Under the pieces are notes generated by a model. That model saw only the letters and a program-made list of their open reading frames with translations. It searched no databases and was not told where the DNA came from. Positions 1 through 10,422 of a DNA stretch of 58,253 bases are shown piece after piece (position 1 is the first letter of the stretch; each line of letters begins with the position of its first letter). The stretch is from contig BLSG01000021.1 of NCBI GenBank assembly GCA_012862495.1, positions 13,297 to 71,549 of the forward strand, written 5' to 3'. Source of the DNA: Thraustochytrium aureum (Eukaryota). The translations under genes and the position numbers were made by a program.

Positions 1-474
1 GTCGTTCGGGCAGCGCGAGCGACGGCAGCCCGCTCCAGTGTAGCCCTGGAAGCACTGGCACATGCCCGTGGTGCGGTCGCAGATCCCCATGTTGGAGCAC
101 TCCATGTAGAAGTGCCCTTCGTCAACGTCGGCCTGGTTGGAGTAGCCGGGCCAGCTCTCGAAGTCGCCACTCGGGTTGTTCTGCGAGACGATGTAGTCCA
201 GCCCGGAGTTTTTGAACGTGTGGTCAGTGTCGTAGATGGTGAAATCATTGCGGTCCTTGTCCGCATTGAGGTCTCCGTTGGAGTTGGTGGTGATCCACGC
301 CCAGTTGCTCGGGCAGAATCGCTGCGCGCAGTCGCCACCGCCCCAGTCGGGGTAGCAGTAGCATGCGTCGTACTCTCCGCACACCCCGTGCCCCGAGCAG
401 GCGTTCGGGCACTCGGCCTCAACCTGCTGCAGTGCGGCTAGGCCCAGGAGGGCCACTGCCGCCGCCCCCTTCAT
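1..474 (-). CDS. Tubular mastigoneme / SIG1-OCM family EGF-repeat protein, N-terminal 158 aa; continues off the left edge
   Basis: Absent from the ORF track because it has no stop in the window. Hand translation from ATG 474: MKGAAAVALLGLAALQQVEA (signal peptide), ECPNACSGHGVCGEYDACYCYPDWGGGDCAQRFCP...GDLN...DEGHFYMECSNMGICDRTTGMCQCFQGYTGAGCRRSRCPND. The HFYMECSNxGxCDRxTG signature is typical of stramenopile mastigoneme proteins. Confidence 0.85.
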   Translation of the reverse strand, partial: MKGAAAVALLGLAALQQVEAECPNACSGHGVCGEYDACYCYPDWGGGDCAQRFCPSNWAWITTNSNGDLNADKDRNDFTIYDTDHTFKNSGLDYIVSQNNPSGDFESWPGYSNQADVDEGHFYMECSNMGICDRTTGMCQCFQGYTGAGCRRSRCPND

Positions 475-1793
475 CTCTACGTGCCTCGTTTGTCTCTGGC
501 GCTGTCTTCGCGTTGGTCGCTGCGCTGGGTTTGCTGTTGCTGCTGGTGATGCGGGTCTGCCAGCTGGATGCGGCACCGGCCGGTCTGAGATGACTGTTGA
601 AGCGCAAGTGTTCTTCTCTCGAGCCAGACTGCACTGTCGAAGTTAAAGCTCTTCTCTCGAGCAGACTGCACTCACTTCCTGAGCGAGCAGCAGCCGTTTC
701 GCGGCCTTTGGATGGCGAGGTTGTCTATCTGCGGCGCCGCGGCTGCTGCATTTGGACGTTTGTGCCGGGCCATACGCCGCGTCTCGCTCGAGGCTTGCAG
801 CCGCTTGGCGAAGCGCATGGCGGCATGGGCGAGCGAAAAGCAACCATCCGGTGGACGCGGCGTATGCGGGGGCGCAGGTGTTCACAAATCTCAACGGCCT
901 CGAAACGGCACGCTNNNNNNNNNNNNNNNNNNNNNNNNNNNNNNNNNNNNNNNNNNNNNNNNNNNNNNNNNNNNNNNNNNNNNNNNNNNNNNNNNNNNNN
1001 NNNNNNNNNNNNNNNNNNNNNNNNNNNNNNNNNNNNNNNNNNNNNNNNNNNNNNNNNNNNNNNNNNNNNNNNNNNNNNNNNNNNNNNNNNNNNNNNNNNN
1101 GGCAGGCGTCTGTCTCTCCATCCATCTCCATCTCACAAGCGAGAGAGCTGCTTGCGCAGAGTGCTGAGCAGGGCTGTTCAACAACACACAGCACGGCCTG
1201 GCTTGCGCGCTTCAGTCAGCTCTGCGGCGCTCAACGGTCAGGTTGCGCAGGAGCCAAGCCAACGTTGGCTCAGCTACTCTATAGCTAGGAGTACCTTGGA
1301 GTACTCGGTTGCCCGGCGAGGCTGAATCGTGAGAGGGAGACAGCGCAAGCGAGCAAGAGGCGTCGGTTGTGATCAATCAAAACATGTTTTCAGGGGGGCC
1401 GTCGCCCTGCTCACTCGAGGCGGGCGTCAACAAACAACAGACCCGTTCCTTGGGCCAAGGCGACGCTTGCGCGGAAGCCGCTGTTTCCATCGTATGGCCG
1501 GCCATGATTATCCTGCCAGCCAGCCGAGCTCAATTCAACGGGCCGAGTCCAACTGCCCCCAGCCTGTGTCAGCGCACTCCAAATTACGGCCGTGTCGCAA
1601 CGGAAACGGCGCTGGATGAACTCGCGTGCAAGAACTGGCCCGTCAACAGCACGCAGGCCATGGATTGATCGAGTTGAATCATTAGCGCAGACTATGCTGT
1701 AGGCGCTCGACCGGCGCAGGCCCGCAGGACTATGCTTGCTGGTGAGTGCAAGCGAGCAGCCTTTCCGGCGCGCCTTTCCGGCGCATGGGCAGT

Positions 1794-3201
1794 TCACGAG
1801 AGGTCTGGCTCCGGTGACGGTGGCCTGGCAGGAGATGGCGCGACCACGAGGTCCGCAAGGGACGGTATCGTGCGCAGCGCGGTCTCGAGTAGGGCTAGGC
1901 TATAACCCGACTCGGAAGTGGTGAGCTCGTCCGCGGCGCAGGTTTGCACATAGTGGACGAGAGAGGCCAGGTGCGTGGGTCGGGAGCGCGACACGCAGTA
2001 AATAAAAATGGGCAGGAGGTCGTCCGCGCCAATGTCGCCAGCCAACCCCGCCTCTCGGAGGCACACCGGCACTGCACGGCACGCGTGGACGAGGAGACGA
2101 AGCTTTGCTGTAGGGCCTGCGCCGCTCGGCGAATCGGGGTCCCAAACGCAATGCAAAAGCGCAACAACCGCCGCGTACGGTTCTTGCTCGTGCTCGAGCG
2201 CGAGGCGATCTGCAACCTGCAAGTGCCGCAAAAGGTCGTGTGGCGCCACGCTCTCTCCTAGGGAAGCGCAAAGCGCTGCCACGTTGCGGTCTTGCTCCGC
2301 GAAAGGCGAGCTGAGGAACAGCGGCCGCAGGATACCGTGGTAGAGCGGCACCGCGACGGCCTCCTCCACCGCGCCCCGGCACGCCAAGCGCGCGCTGTCA
2401 CTGAGTGGCTTTCCAGGGATCGCCCCGAGGCCCCGCGCAGAAGAGCCGCCAGCATCGGCGGCCCCGCCTGCAAGGCTGGCCGTCTTGAGGGCGGGAAAGT
2501 ACCAGAGCACCACCCGGGTGAGGAGCGAAACCACCTTGCAAACGTCCGCCATCGCTGTGGAGAGCTGCTCGGCGGGGTCTTCGCAGAGCTGGTAAACAAT
2601 GACCAGCGTGCGCACCAGGCACATCGCAGCGCGGCCAAGCGCAAAACGCAGAGACGGGTCCTCGTCCAAAAGGCGCAAGTGAGGGAGGAAACTGCAGGCG
2701 CGCTTGACGTGCGCGAGCTTGGCGTCGATCGGGTGTTCGGCCGAGCAGAACATGAGGCCCAGAAACGCGTTGATTTGCTCCTCGCTCACGCCCCCCGAAG
2801 AGTACTGGTTGAACTCGTTGCGGAGGACGACCAATTTGTCGAAGGGGTCGCTTGATTGTAGGTCGTAAACGAAAACGAGCGTTTCGAGTCTGTCGTAGCG
2901 TTGCGAGGCCAGCATCTCGACCACGAGGTCGTCCGCTTGCTTCGAGGGGACCTGCGCCGCGGCGCGCGCTGGCCTCCCCCCGCGGGAATCCAAAAGCCGC
3001 TCGCGGAAAGCTTGCTCAAGGTCGAGGACGCGATTGACCTTGACGGCGCCACGGACGAGGCGGCGGCCACTGGACGGGGGCGTCATGTACACGTTTGTCT
3101 TTCGCGCCTCGACGATTGCGCGCGCGAAGATTCCGGCCAGGCTCTGGTCGACGCGGGCAGATACCTCAAAAGTACTGGCGCGCACAATTTGGGCCACTCT
3201 G
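1794..3201 (-). CDS. VPS9-domain Rab5 GEF-like protein; 5' end in gap
   Basis: PTAKLRLLVHAC...IGADDLLPIFIYCV...LASLVHYVQ...SESGYSLALLETAL are VPS9 motifs. Stop at 1794. Confidence 0.85.
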
Positions 3202-3742
3202 NNNNNNNNNNNNNNNNNNNNNNNNNNNNNNNNNNNNNNNNNNNNNNNNNNNNNNNNNNNNNNNNNNNNNNNNNNNNNNNNNNNNNNNNNNNNNNNNNNN
3301 NNNNNNNNNNNNNNNNNNNNNNNNNNNNNNNNNNNNNNNNNNNNNNNNNNNNNNNNNNNNNNNNNNNNNNNNNNNNNNNNNNNNNNNNNNNNNNNNNNNN
3401 NNNNNNNNNNNNNNNNNNNNNNNNNNNNNNNNNNNNNNNNNNNNNNNNNNNNNNNNNNNNNNNNNNNNNNNNNNNNNNNNNNNNNNNNNNNNNNNNNNNN
3501 NNNNNNNNNNNNNNNNNNNNNNNNNNNNNNNNNNNNNNNNNNNNNNNNNNNNNNNNNNNNNNNNNNNNNNNNNNNNNNNNNNNNNNNNNNNNNNNNNNNN
3601 NNNNNNNNNNNNNNNNNNNNNNNNNNNNNNNNNNNNNNNNNNNNNNNNNNNNNNNNNNNNNNNNNNNNNNNNNNNNNNNNNNNNNNNNNNNNNNNNNNNN
3701 NNNNNNNNNNNNNNNNNNNNNNNNNNNNNNNNNNNNNNNNNN

Positions 3743-4781
3743 GGCGCTGGAATGCGCGAAAGCTGGGCTCCTTGCCGAGAGTTGCCCACAGGTAGTTGCC
3801 GACCTCGCACGCCGGGACGCCGATCTGGGAGGCGATCGACTCCACCGCCGCAAGCGCCTTGGCCCGCAGCGCAACTTCGTCGCCGCCGCCGCTCGGCAGC
3901 GGCGTGCCTGCGTCGATGCGCGCGTTGAGCTCGTCCGAGCACCGGATGCAGCCGGTTTTGCGCATCGTGGCCACGATGACGTTGTCGCAGTACGCAGTGA
4001 GCTCGGCGGCGTCCGCAAAGGCGAACCGCGGGTCCGCGGCGCGAAACCTGTGCAGCAACTCGCCTGTCACAAGTTGCGCCTTCTTGTACAAAAACACCTG
4101 GCTGCCCTCGTACTCGTGCACGTCGTTGAAGGTGCAGGGAAAGGCTGTCACGAGCGCGCGCACAATAGCTTCCGCGGTCGAGCCGTCCCTTTCGATGGCG
4201 GCATACACCAGCTCGTGCAGGTGCTTGAACCCACGCGCCTCGAGTCCCGCGCCGACTTCGTTGCAGCACGTGCACAGCGCGTCTGCGAGCGGAAGGAGCG
4301 CTTGGCGCAAGGCGTCCTCCTCAGCGAGGTCCAAGAGGCCGGGGAGGAAATACTCTACCACTTGCTCTCGGCGTATGCTGGTCAAAAAGGCAGCGTCGAG
4401 GTCCGGGCAAGCTCGCCACAGCCGAACCATGCCAGGCCGGATCGTGTTCCACGCGCCCAGGCCGTGAAAAGCGTGAAGCGGGCTGCGAAATCCGGAGCCA
4501 AAGTCCAGCGCGTGCGTCAACGCGATGAACGAGATTTCCTGATCCTGCGAGGAGAAGGTGATCTCCGGGAACGAGGTCGGGCCATCTGTGGCGAGCGACT
4601 CGCCTGCTGCGCGGATCGCGGCTGGGTCGGCGCTCCTGACAAACTCGGCCACCTTGGCGGTATCGACCTGGACCTGCGCCGCTTGGAGGCTCGTGCAGCT
4701 CTCTCGCACTCGCGCCAAGTAGTTTGCTGGCGGGCCAGCTGCTGCTGGTTGCTCAGGGGGCGCTGCGTCGTTTTCTGCCAT
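3743..4781 (-). CDS. QNG1: Queuosine 5'-phosphate N-glycosylase/hydrolase (queuosine salvage protein, DUF2419); last codons in gap
   Basis: ATG 4781 (MAENDAAP). Motifs LDFGSGFR, FPCTFND, FLYKKAQL, LTAYCDN (catalytic Asp position), EVALRA and GNYLW. Confidence 0.8.
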
Positions 4782-5811
4782 CACCGTGCCGGAATTGCCC
4801 CTTCTTCTCGCTGTGCTGCCCTCGTTGCCAAAAGAAGCCGGCAGAGCCTGTCTGAGCCTTCCTCCCGCAGCGCCGCGCTCGTAGGGTTTGCGTGTTGGCG
4901 CACTGGCTTGCCGCGGATGGCGCGTCCAGCGAGGACTCGCTGAGCGGGCTTTTTTCGTGTCGTTTCGGAAACACACAGCCAAGTGTTCCCGGCAAACCGG
5001 GCCGTGTCGTGGGCGAACGCGGGGTGCGCGCTCGAGGCGCGCGAGCCAGCAACGACGCTTACCGTATCGAGGGCACACGCGACGGACGCGACGGGCCGAT
5101 ACCNNNNNNNNNNNNNNNNNNNNNNNNNNNNNNNNNNNNNNNNNNNNNNNNNNNNNNNNNNNNNNNNNNNNNNNNNNNNNNNNNNNNNNNNNNNNNNNNN
5201 NNNNNNNNNNNNNNNNNNNNNNNNNNNNNNNNNNNNNNNNNNNNNNNNNNNNNNNNNNNNNNNNNNNNNNNNNNNNNNNNNNNNNNNNNNNNNNNNNNNN
5301 NNNNNNNNNNNNNNNNNNNNNNNNNNNNNNNNNNNNNNNNNNNNNNNNNNNNNNNNNNNNNNNNNNNNNNNNNNNNNNNNNNNNNNNNNNNNNNNNNNNN
5401 NNNNNNNNNNNNNNNNNNNNNNNNNNNNNNNNNNNNNNNNNNNNNNNNNNNNNNNNNNNNNNNNNNNNNNNNNNNNNNNNNNNNNNNNNNNNNNNNNNNN
5501 NNNNNNNNNNNNNNNNNNNNNNNNNNNNNNNNNNNNNNNNNNNNNNNNNNNNNNNNNNNNNNNNNNNNNNNNNNNNNNNNNNNNNCCTGCCGCGGTGCAG
5601 GGCGAGAGGCTCGCGTCCGCGCAGGCAGCCGTGCGAGGTCCGGTCCGATCCGCTGCCTTGGGCCGCCGGCTCTGCCTCTCCGGCGCGCTGCAGGTCTGCC
5701 TCACACCACCCAAGCACTTTCCAGAGCGCGAGCGGACGGACGGTCTGCGAGCCGGCCTCGCGCCCGCGCAGCTTGCCGGCTGGACACAGCGCGCCGTCGG
5801 CAAGCTAGCTC

Positions 5812-5817
5812 TCGCGC

Positions 5818-5857
<40 letters not shown>

Positions 5858-5860
5858 GTG
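5812..5860. repeat. (GCGT)n microsatellite
   Basis: About 9-10 consecutive gcgt units. Confidence 0.9.
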
Positions 5861-7199
5861 TTCTCACTGCAGAGCGCGGCTGCTCGTCTGTTTCGCGGAA
5901 GGCGCGATTCGGGACTGCTCTGCAGTGCCGAGCCTCCTCCCTAAGCAACCGGTGTCCCGCGAAACCTCACGGGGCAATCGTTTGGGCGGCTCGTCTTAAG
6001 CACCCACTCCGCACGTGCAGCGCGCCCGTTCCGCTAGCACGCCCCTGCGGAGATCCCGCTACCCAATCAATGGGCGACCGGGTGGCTGGCGATACGGGAC
6101 TAAGCGCGCCGCGGTGGGACTCGAGGTGTGAGGGCAAGCGAGCAAAAGCGCTCTCCACTGAGGCGCCACTGCCAAACGCCTCGAAAAACGCCAAACCTAC
6201 CTGCGCGTAGTGAGGGAGCTCGAGAAACCGGTGCGAAAACGACTGACCTGGAGGAACAAAGAATGCGCAACCTTGACCGCGATCATGCGGAGGCAGAAAG
6301 AACGGTCGCTCTACTAGGTGCCAGAGGAGCTTCGCTGCACGAGCTCCTTGCTCTTGACGAGTAGATTGAGGAGAGGAGAGGAGCAGGCAATTTGTTTCGC
6401 TCGAGAGGCCTACCGGTACGTACTTACGGTACTCTACGCACTCATCAGTGCTCTTGATCAATCACTGCTCTGCCTCAGGAGAGTAGAGGAGTACCGTTAC
6501 CGTCGGGGCTCGGGACCCGGGAAAGGTACCAGGAATGACCGGCCGGTGGACTGTCTGGCTGCTGTCGGTCTGGCCATCGTTGATCCATCCATCGTTGATC
6601 CATCGGTCCATCGGTCCATCGATCCAGCCAGCCGGCCGTCCAGCCCTCCGGCTGCGTGCCCGGCCGGGTCTGCCTGGATCCTCACGCGATCGCTCGCTCG
6701 GCACGCTTCAGGGCGAGTCATCCACACGAGCCATGCCTGCTGCAGTCCGTGTCCCAAGATAAGCCGCGAGGACGGCGAGTTGAGCCGAGACGTTGGTTTG
6801 AAGCCGTCGCCGCCTGAGGCCCTCAGGGACGCGAATAGGGCGTGCTGAGCTGGCTGCTCCTGGCAACGGCCGGGAACAGTAACTCGCTGTTCATCTCTCA
6901 ATGTGCTGCCAGATGACTGCGATCATGAACGTGCCAATCGGATCGTTGCGTTTTTCGCGCCGCGCGACGGTTGTGGCTCGAAGCAACGGCTGCGGCGGCA
7001 CCGTGATTGTATCCGAACGAGGGCAAGCTCGACGCCTCCCTGCTGCTGAGTATTCACTCATTCATGTGTATCCATTTGTTCATGCATGGGCTTGGGCCAA
7101 TGGGCCTGGCTCGGCCGGGTCGTTGGCGGCTCATGCGGCGTCGCACTTTTGTTTGTTCGCCGAGAACGCGAACCGTTGAGAGCTGAGCCGAGAAACCAA

Positions 7200-7311
7200 C
7201 GGCCTGTCGCACCACTGCGGGCTCTGCAGCGGCCTGTCGCACCACTGCAGCATTTTCGAGGGCTCTGCAGCGGCCTGTCGCACTACTGCAGCATTTTCGA
7301 GGGCTCTGCAG
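7200..7311. repeat. 41-bp tandem duplication spanning the PRP18 stop codon
   Basis: gggctctgcagcggcctgtcgca(c/t)... unit at 7219 and 7260, with partial copies at 7200 and 7301. Confidence 0.85.
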
Positions 7312-8219
7312 GGTATTTCTTCTGGCAAAAGGTCATGAGCCGCTTGAGCGCAGTGATGTACTTGCGCTGCGCCTCGTCGTTCATAACATGCGCCACATTG
7401 TCCTGGTTGATGCGCTCACGGCCCTTGCGGGCGTGGATGCCTACCATCGTCACTCCAATCGGCCACGCCGCGTTCCCAATTGCCAGTTGGATGTACACGT
7501 CTGCCGCCTTCAGATACTCGCGCTCCTCGCACAGGGCGACTATCCGATCAACCTTGTCCAGGACGTCTGGCGCCACGTCCTTCTTTCGAAGCAGCCGCAG
7601 AAATGGACCAATGTGCTCTCGCCCCTGCTTAAAGGCGGCGAGCTCCTTCCGACCCGCGGCGCTACGCCGCACCTCGTCAGGCCGCGCTGCGAGCGACGCC
7701 TCCCACTCGTCAAGCGCGCGCTTGATAAAGTCTCTGATCCGTCGTTCGGCAGACGAGGAGCGTTCGGAGCCCGCAGCGACTCCAACGTCCAGCGAGTTCG
7801 TGGCAGGCTCTGCTGCTGTTGAGCTGGTTGGGCCACTCGCCGGTTTTACGTGGGCGGCTTGGCCGTCGGCGGCGGCGCTGGCGCCTTTTCGGCGCTTCGC
7901 AGAGACCTCCTGCTCCTCCTCGTCGTCCTCGTCGTCGTCCTCGTCGTCGTCCGCGCCTGTGCGGCCAGTGGCGGCCTTGAGACCAGTCTCGCGGCTCTGC
8001 TCAACAAATCCCAGGCCAGTCTCTTCGAGTCGCCTCAGTCGCGCGAGACGGTCCGCGTCCAGCTCTCCGAACAGGGTCACGGGCTCGCCGCGAGCGCGTA
8101 ACAAGCGCACGACCTCGTCCCGCTCCAGAGCGAGCCCGCCTTGCTGCAGCGCTTCGCCTCGCTTTACACCGCCCGCTTGTGTGCCGCCTTCAGCGCCTCC
8201 AGCAGCAACGTCGCCGCCA
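7283..8219 (-). CDS. PRP18: Pre-mRNA splicing factor 18; 5' end in gap
   Basis: PRP4-like motif EVVRLLRARGEPVTLFGE and Prp18 domain YIQLAIGNAAWPIGVTMVGIHARKGRERI...AHVMNDEAQRKYI. Confidence 0.95.
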
Positions 8220-8743
8220 NNNNNNNNNNNNNNNNNNNNNNNNNNNNNNNNNNNNNNNNNNNNNNNNNNNNNNNNNNNNNNNNNNNNNNNNNNNNNNNNN
8301 NNNNNNNNNNNNNNNNNNNNNNNNNNNNNNNNNNNNNNNNNNNNNNNNNNNNNNNNNNNNNNNNNNNNNNNNNNNNNNNNNNNNNNNNNNNNNNNNNNNN
8401 NNNNNNNNNNNNNNNNNNNNNNNNNNNNNNNNNNNNNNNNNNNNNNNNNNNNNNNNNNNNNNNNNNNNNNNNNNNNNNNNNNNNNNNNNNNNNNNNNNNN
8501 NNNNNNNNNNNNNNNNNNNNNNNNNNNNNNNNNNNNNNNNNNNNNNCTGCTGCTGCTGCTGTTGCGCTGTATTGGCGCTGCTGCTTGCTGTGGTGGGCGC
8601 GGTTGTGGCGCCGAGGGGTTGGGCACGTTGCGCGCTGCCCGTGGCCGAGCAGGCGTCGCACAAGGAGAACGCAGATGCATCGTATAAGTTAACTTTGTAA
8701 TGGGGGCTGAATGCGCGTTGCGCGTCGGGGCAGGGCAGCGCGG

Positions 8744-9794
8744 TCACGACCACCGGTCCGTGCCCACGAGGTAGTCAAAGTACCAGGAGATCGAATAGTT
8801 GCACTTGAGCCGGTTGTGGTGCATCTCGTGCGCCCAGCAGTTTCGGTCGTCGTAGGTTTGCAGCCACGGCGACAGCGGCGGTAGGACGTGCATGGTCGGC
8901 ATGGGCTTGCCGGCGTGCGAAGTGATCTCGTGGTAGAACGCGTACATGGCCAATGCCGTGGTCTCGACCTCTGACAGAGGCCCAATCAGCGCCTCGTGAG
9001 CAGAGACGCCCGCGAAAAAGGGCAAAAACGCCTCTACCATGAGGTCCTGCCAGGAAAAGTGGTAGTTGGTGCACAGCGCCGGGTTGTTGTGCTCGTGGTG
9101 CCGCTTGTGCACCCAGTACAGCGCCTTGGTGTGCAAGGCCCAGTGCCCAAGCCAGAACATCCCATCCACCCACAATCGCATCCACACCATGCGCGCAAGG
9201 AAGCGAAGCGGCCTAAAGGGGCCAGACTCTGGCTTGGCTGCCTGGTCGCCGCATCGCAGCTTGCGAAACAGCGCGAGCTGCAGCACGCTCGTCACCATGG
9301 TTGACAACTGTGTTGCAGCTCAGGTAGTCCATCAGGAGCTCCTTGAAGCCGGGCTTTGGGCGCTTCTCGGAGAAAAAAGGCACGTGGCCGTACACGTGGT
9401 TGATCAACACGTGCGAGATTGCCATACACCCGTCGACGGTGAGGATTGCGCCGCCCCAAAGCCGCATAAAGTTGACCAAGTTGGAGTCCTCGGCGCGAAG
9501 GGTTCCCAGGACCTTGAAACGCAGAGCGACCAGACTCAGTACTGTGCCGTTGCTCACGGCCCAGGCGACCAGCGGGTGGTCCACCGCCCGTTCGGCGCTC
9601 GGCAGCTTTTGCACCTTGTCCCCCGTCGTGCTCCTGAGCGCTGCGACGCGCTGTTGCTTGACCTGCGCAGTATTGAGCCCTCGGAGGGCGGTCGCCCCCA
9701 TCAGCACGAGAAACGCGCGCTTCTCGTCCGTGTCCATCAGCGCGCCGAGCTTGGCGGCCAGCGCGCTGCCTGCGGGCTGCTTTACGGCGAGCAT
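8744..9794 (-). CDS. Fatty acid hydroxylase / sterol desaturase superfamily membrane enzyme; one frameshift near 9301
   Basis: His boxes HWALH, HKRHH, HEITSH and HEMHH, plus NYSISWYFDYLVGT. Removing one A in GTCAACCATGG joins ORF 9213..9794 to ORF 8744..9307. Confidence 0.8.
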
Positions 9795-10422
9795 TTCCGC
9801 TGTTGCTTCGCCGATGCGCCCAACGCGCCCGCCTTCGCTGCAGTGGATTCAGCCACGACCTGCTGGCCTCTCCGCCCACGCCTTAGAGCCTGTTGCGCGC
9901 GCGAGCGGCTCCGAAGCGCAGTGCAGACCGAGTCGTTCGCACTTTCGGGGTCTGCTCCAGGCCGGTGTTGTCCCACTCCCCAGGGATTCAGGTGGCGGAC
10001 ATGAACCCCAGAGAGATTGCATGTCCTTGGCGTACTCGAGTATGTGCGCATCGGCCAAGCCAGTCTCGCGGAGGCGAGCCGTCGCATCTGCTCCGCTTGC
10101 TGAGCCAGCACGTGCGCCGTCGCGAGCTCGCGCAAGGGCAACGCTTGTCTGCGCTGCGAGGAATTGGCTCGCTCATTTTTGCAAGGCAACAAAGCAGGCA
10201 CTTCTTTAGTGGCGGCGGCTGGCCTGCACTGCGCCCCAGAGGTCGTTGGCCTTCAGCGAGTAGGTACGTTTGCAATGCGGCCTTGTTTTGCTTGACAATC
10301 AACCTCTGTATCTCTGAGAAAGAGTTGGAATAGGCGACGCGAGAACGCGCAAACACAGCTCCAGTGAACGCAGCTGATGAGGCCAAACGAGGCCGAGGCG
10401 CCGCTGCCGACTATAGAGCTAC

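Noticed and set aside
1794..5717. 1307-aa ORF suggesting a QNG1-VPS9 fusion
   Set aside because: Continuity depends on a 541-N gap. QNG1 is nearly complete at the gap edge, where the family normally ends within ~10 residues, so two genes are more likely. It cannot be excluded without closing the gap.
5585..7190. Short ORFs between QNG1 and PRP18; similar ones at 600-1700, 34300-36300 and 53400-54800
   Set aside because: They have no recognisable motifs, and their Arg/Ala/Pro-rich composition is typical of chance ORFs in GC-rich intergenic DNA.
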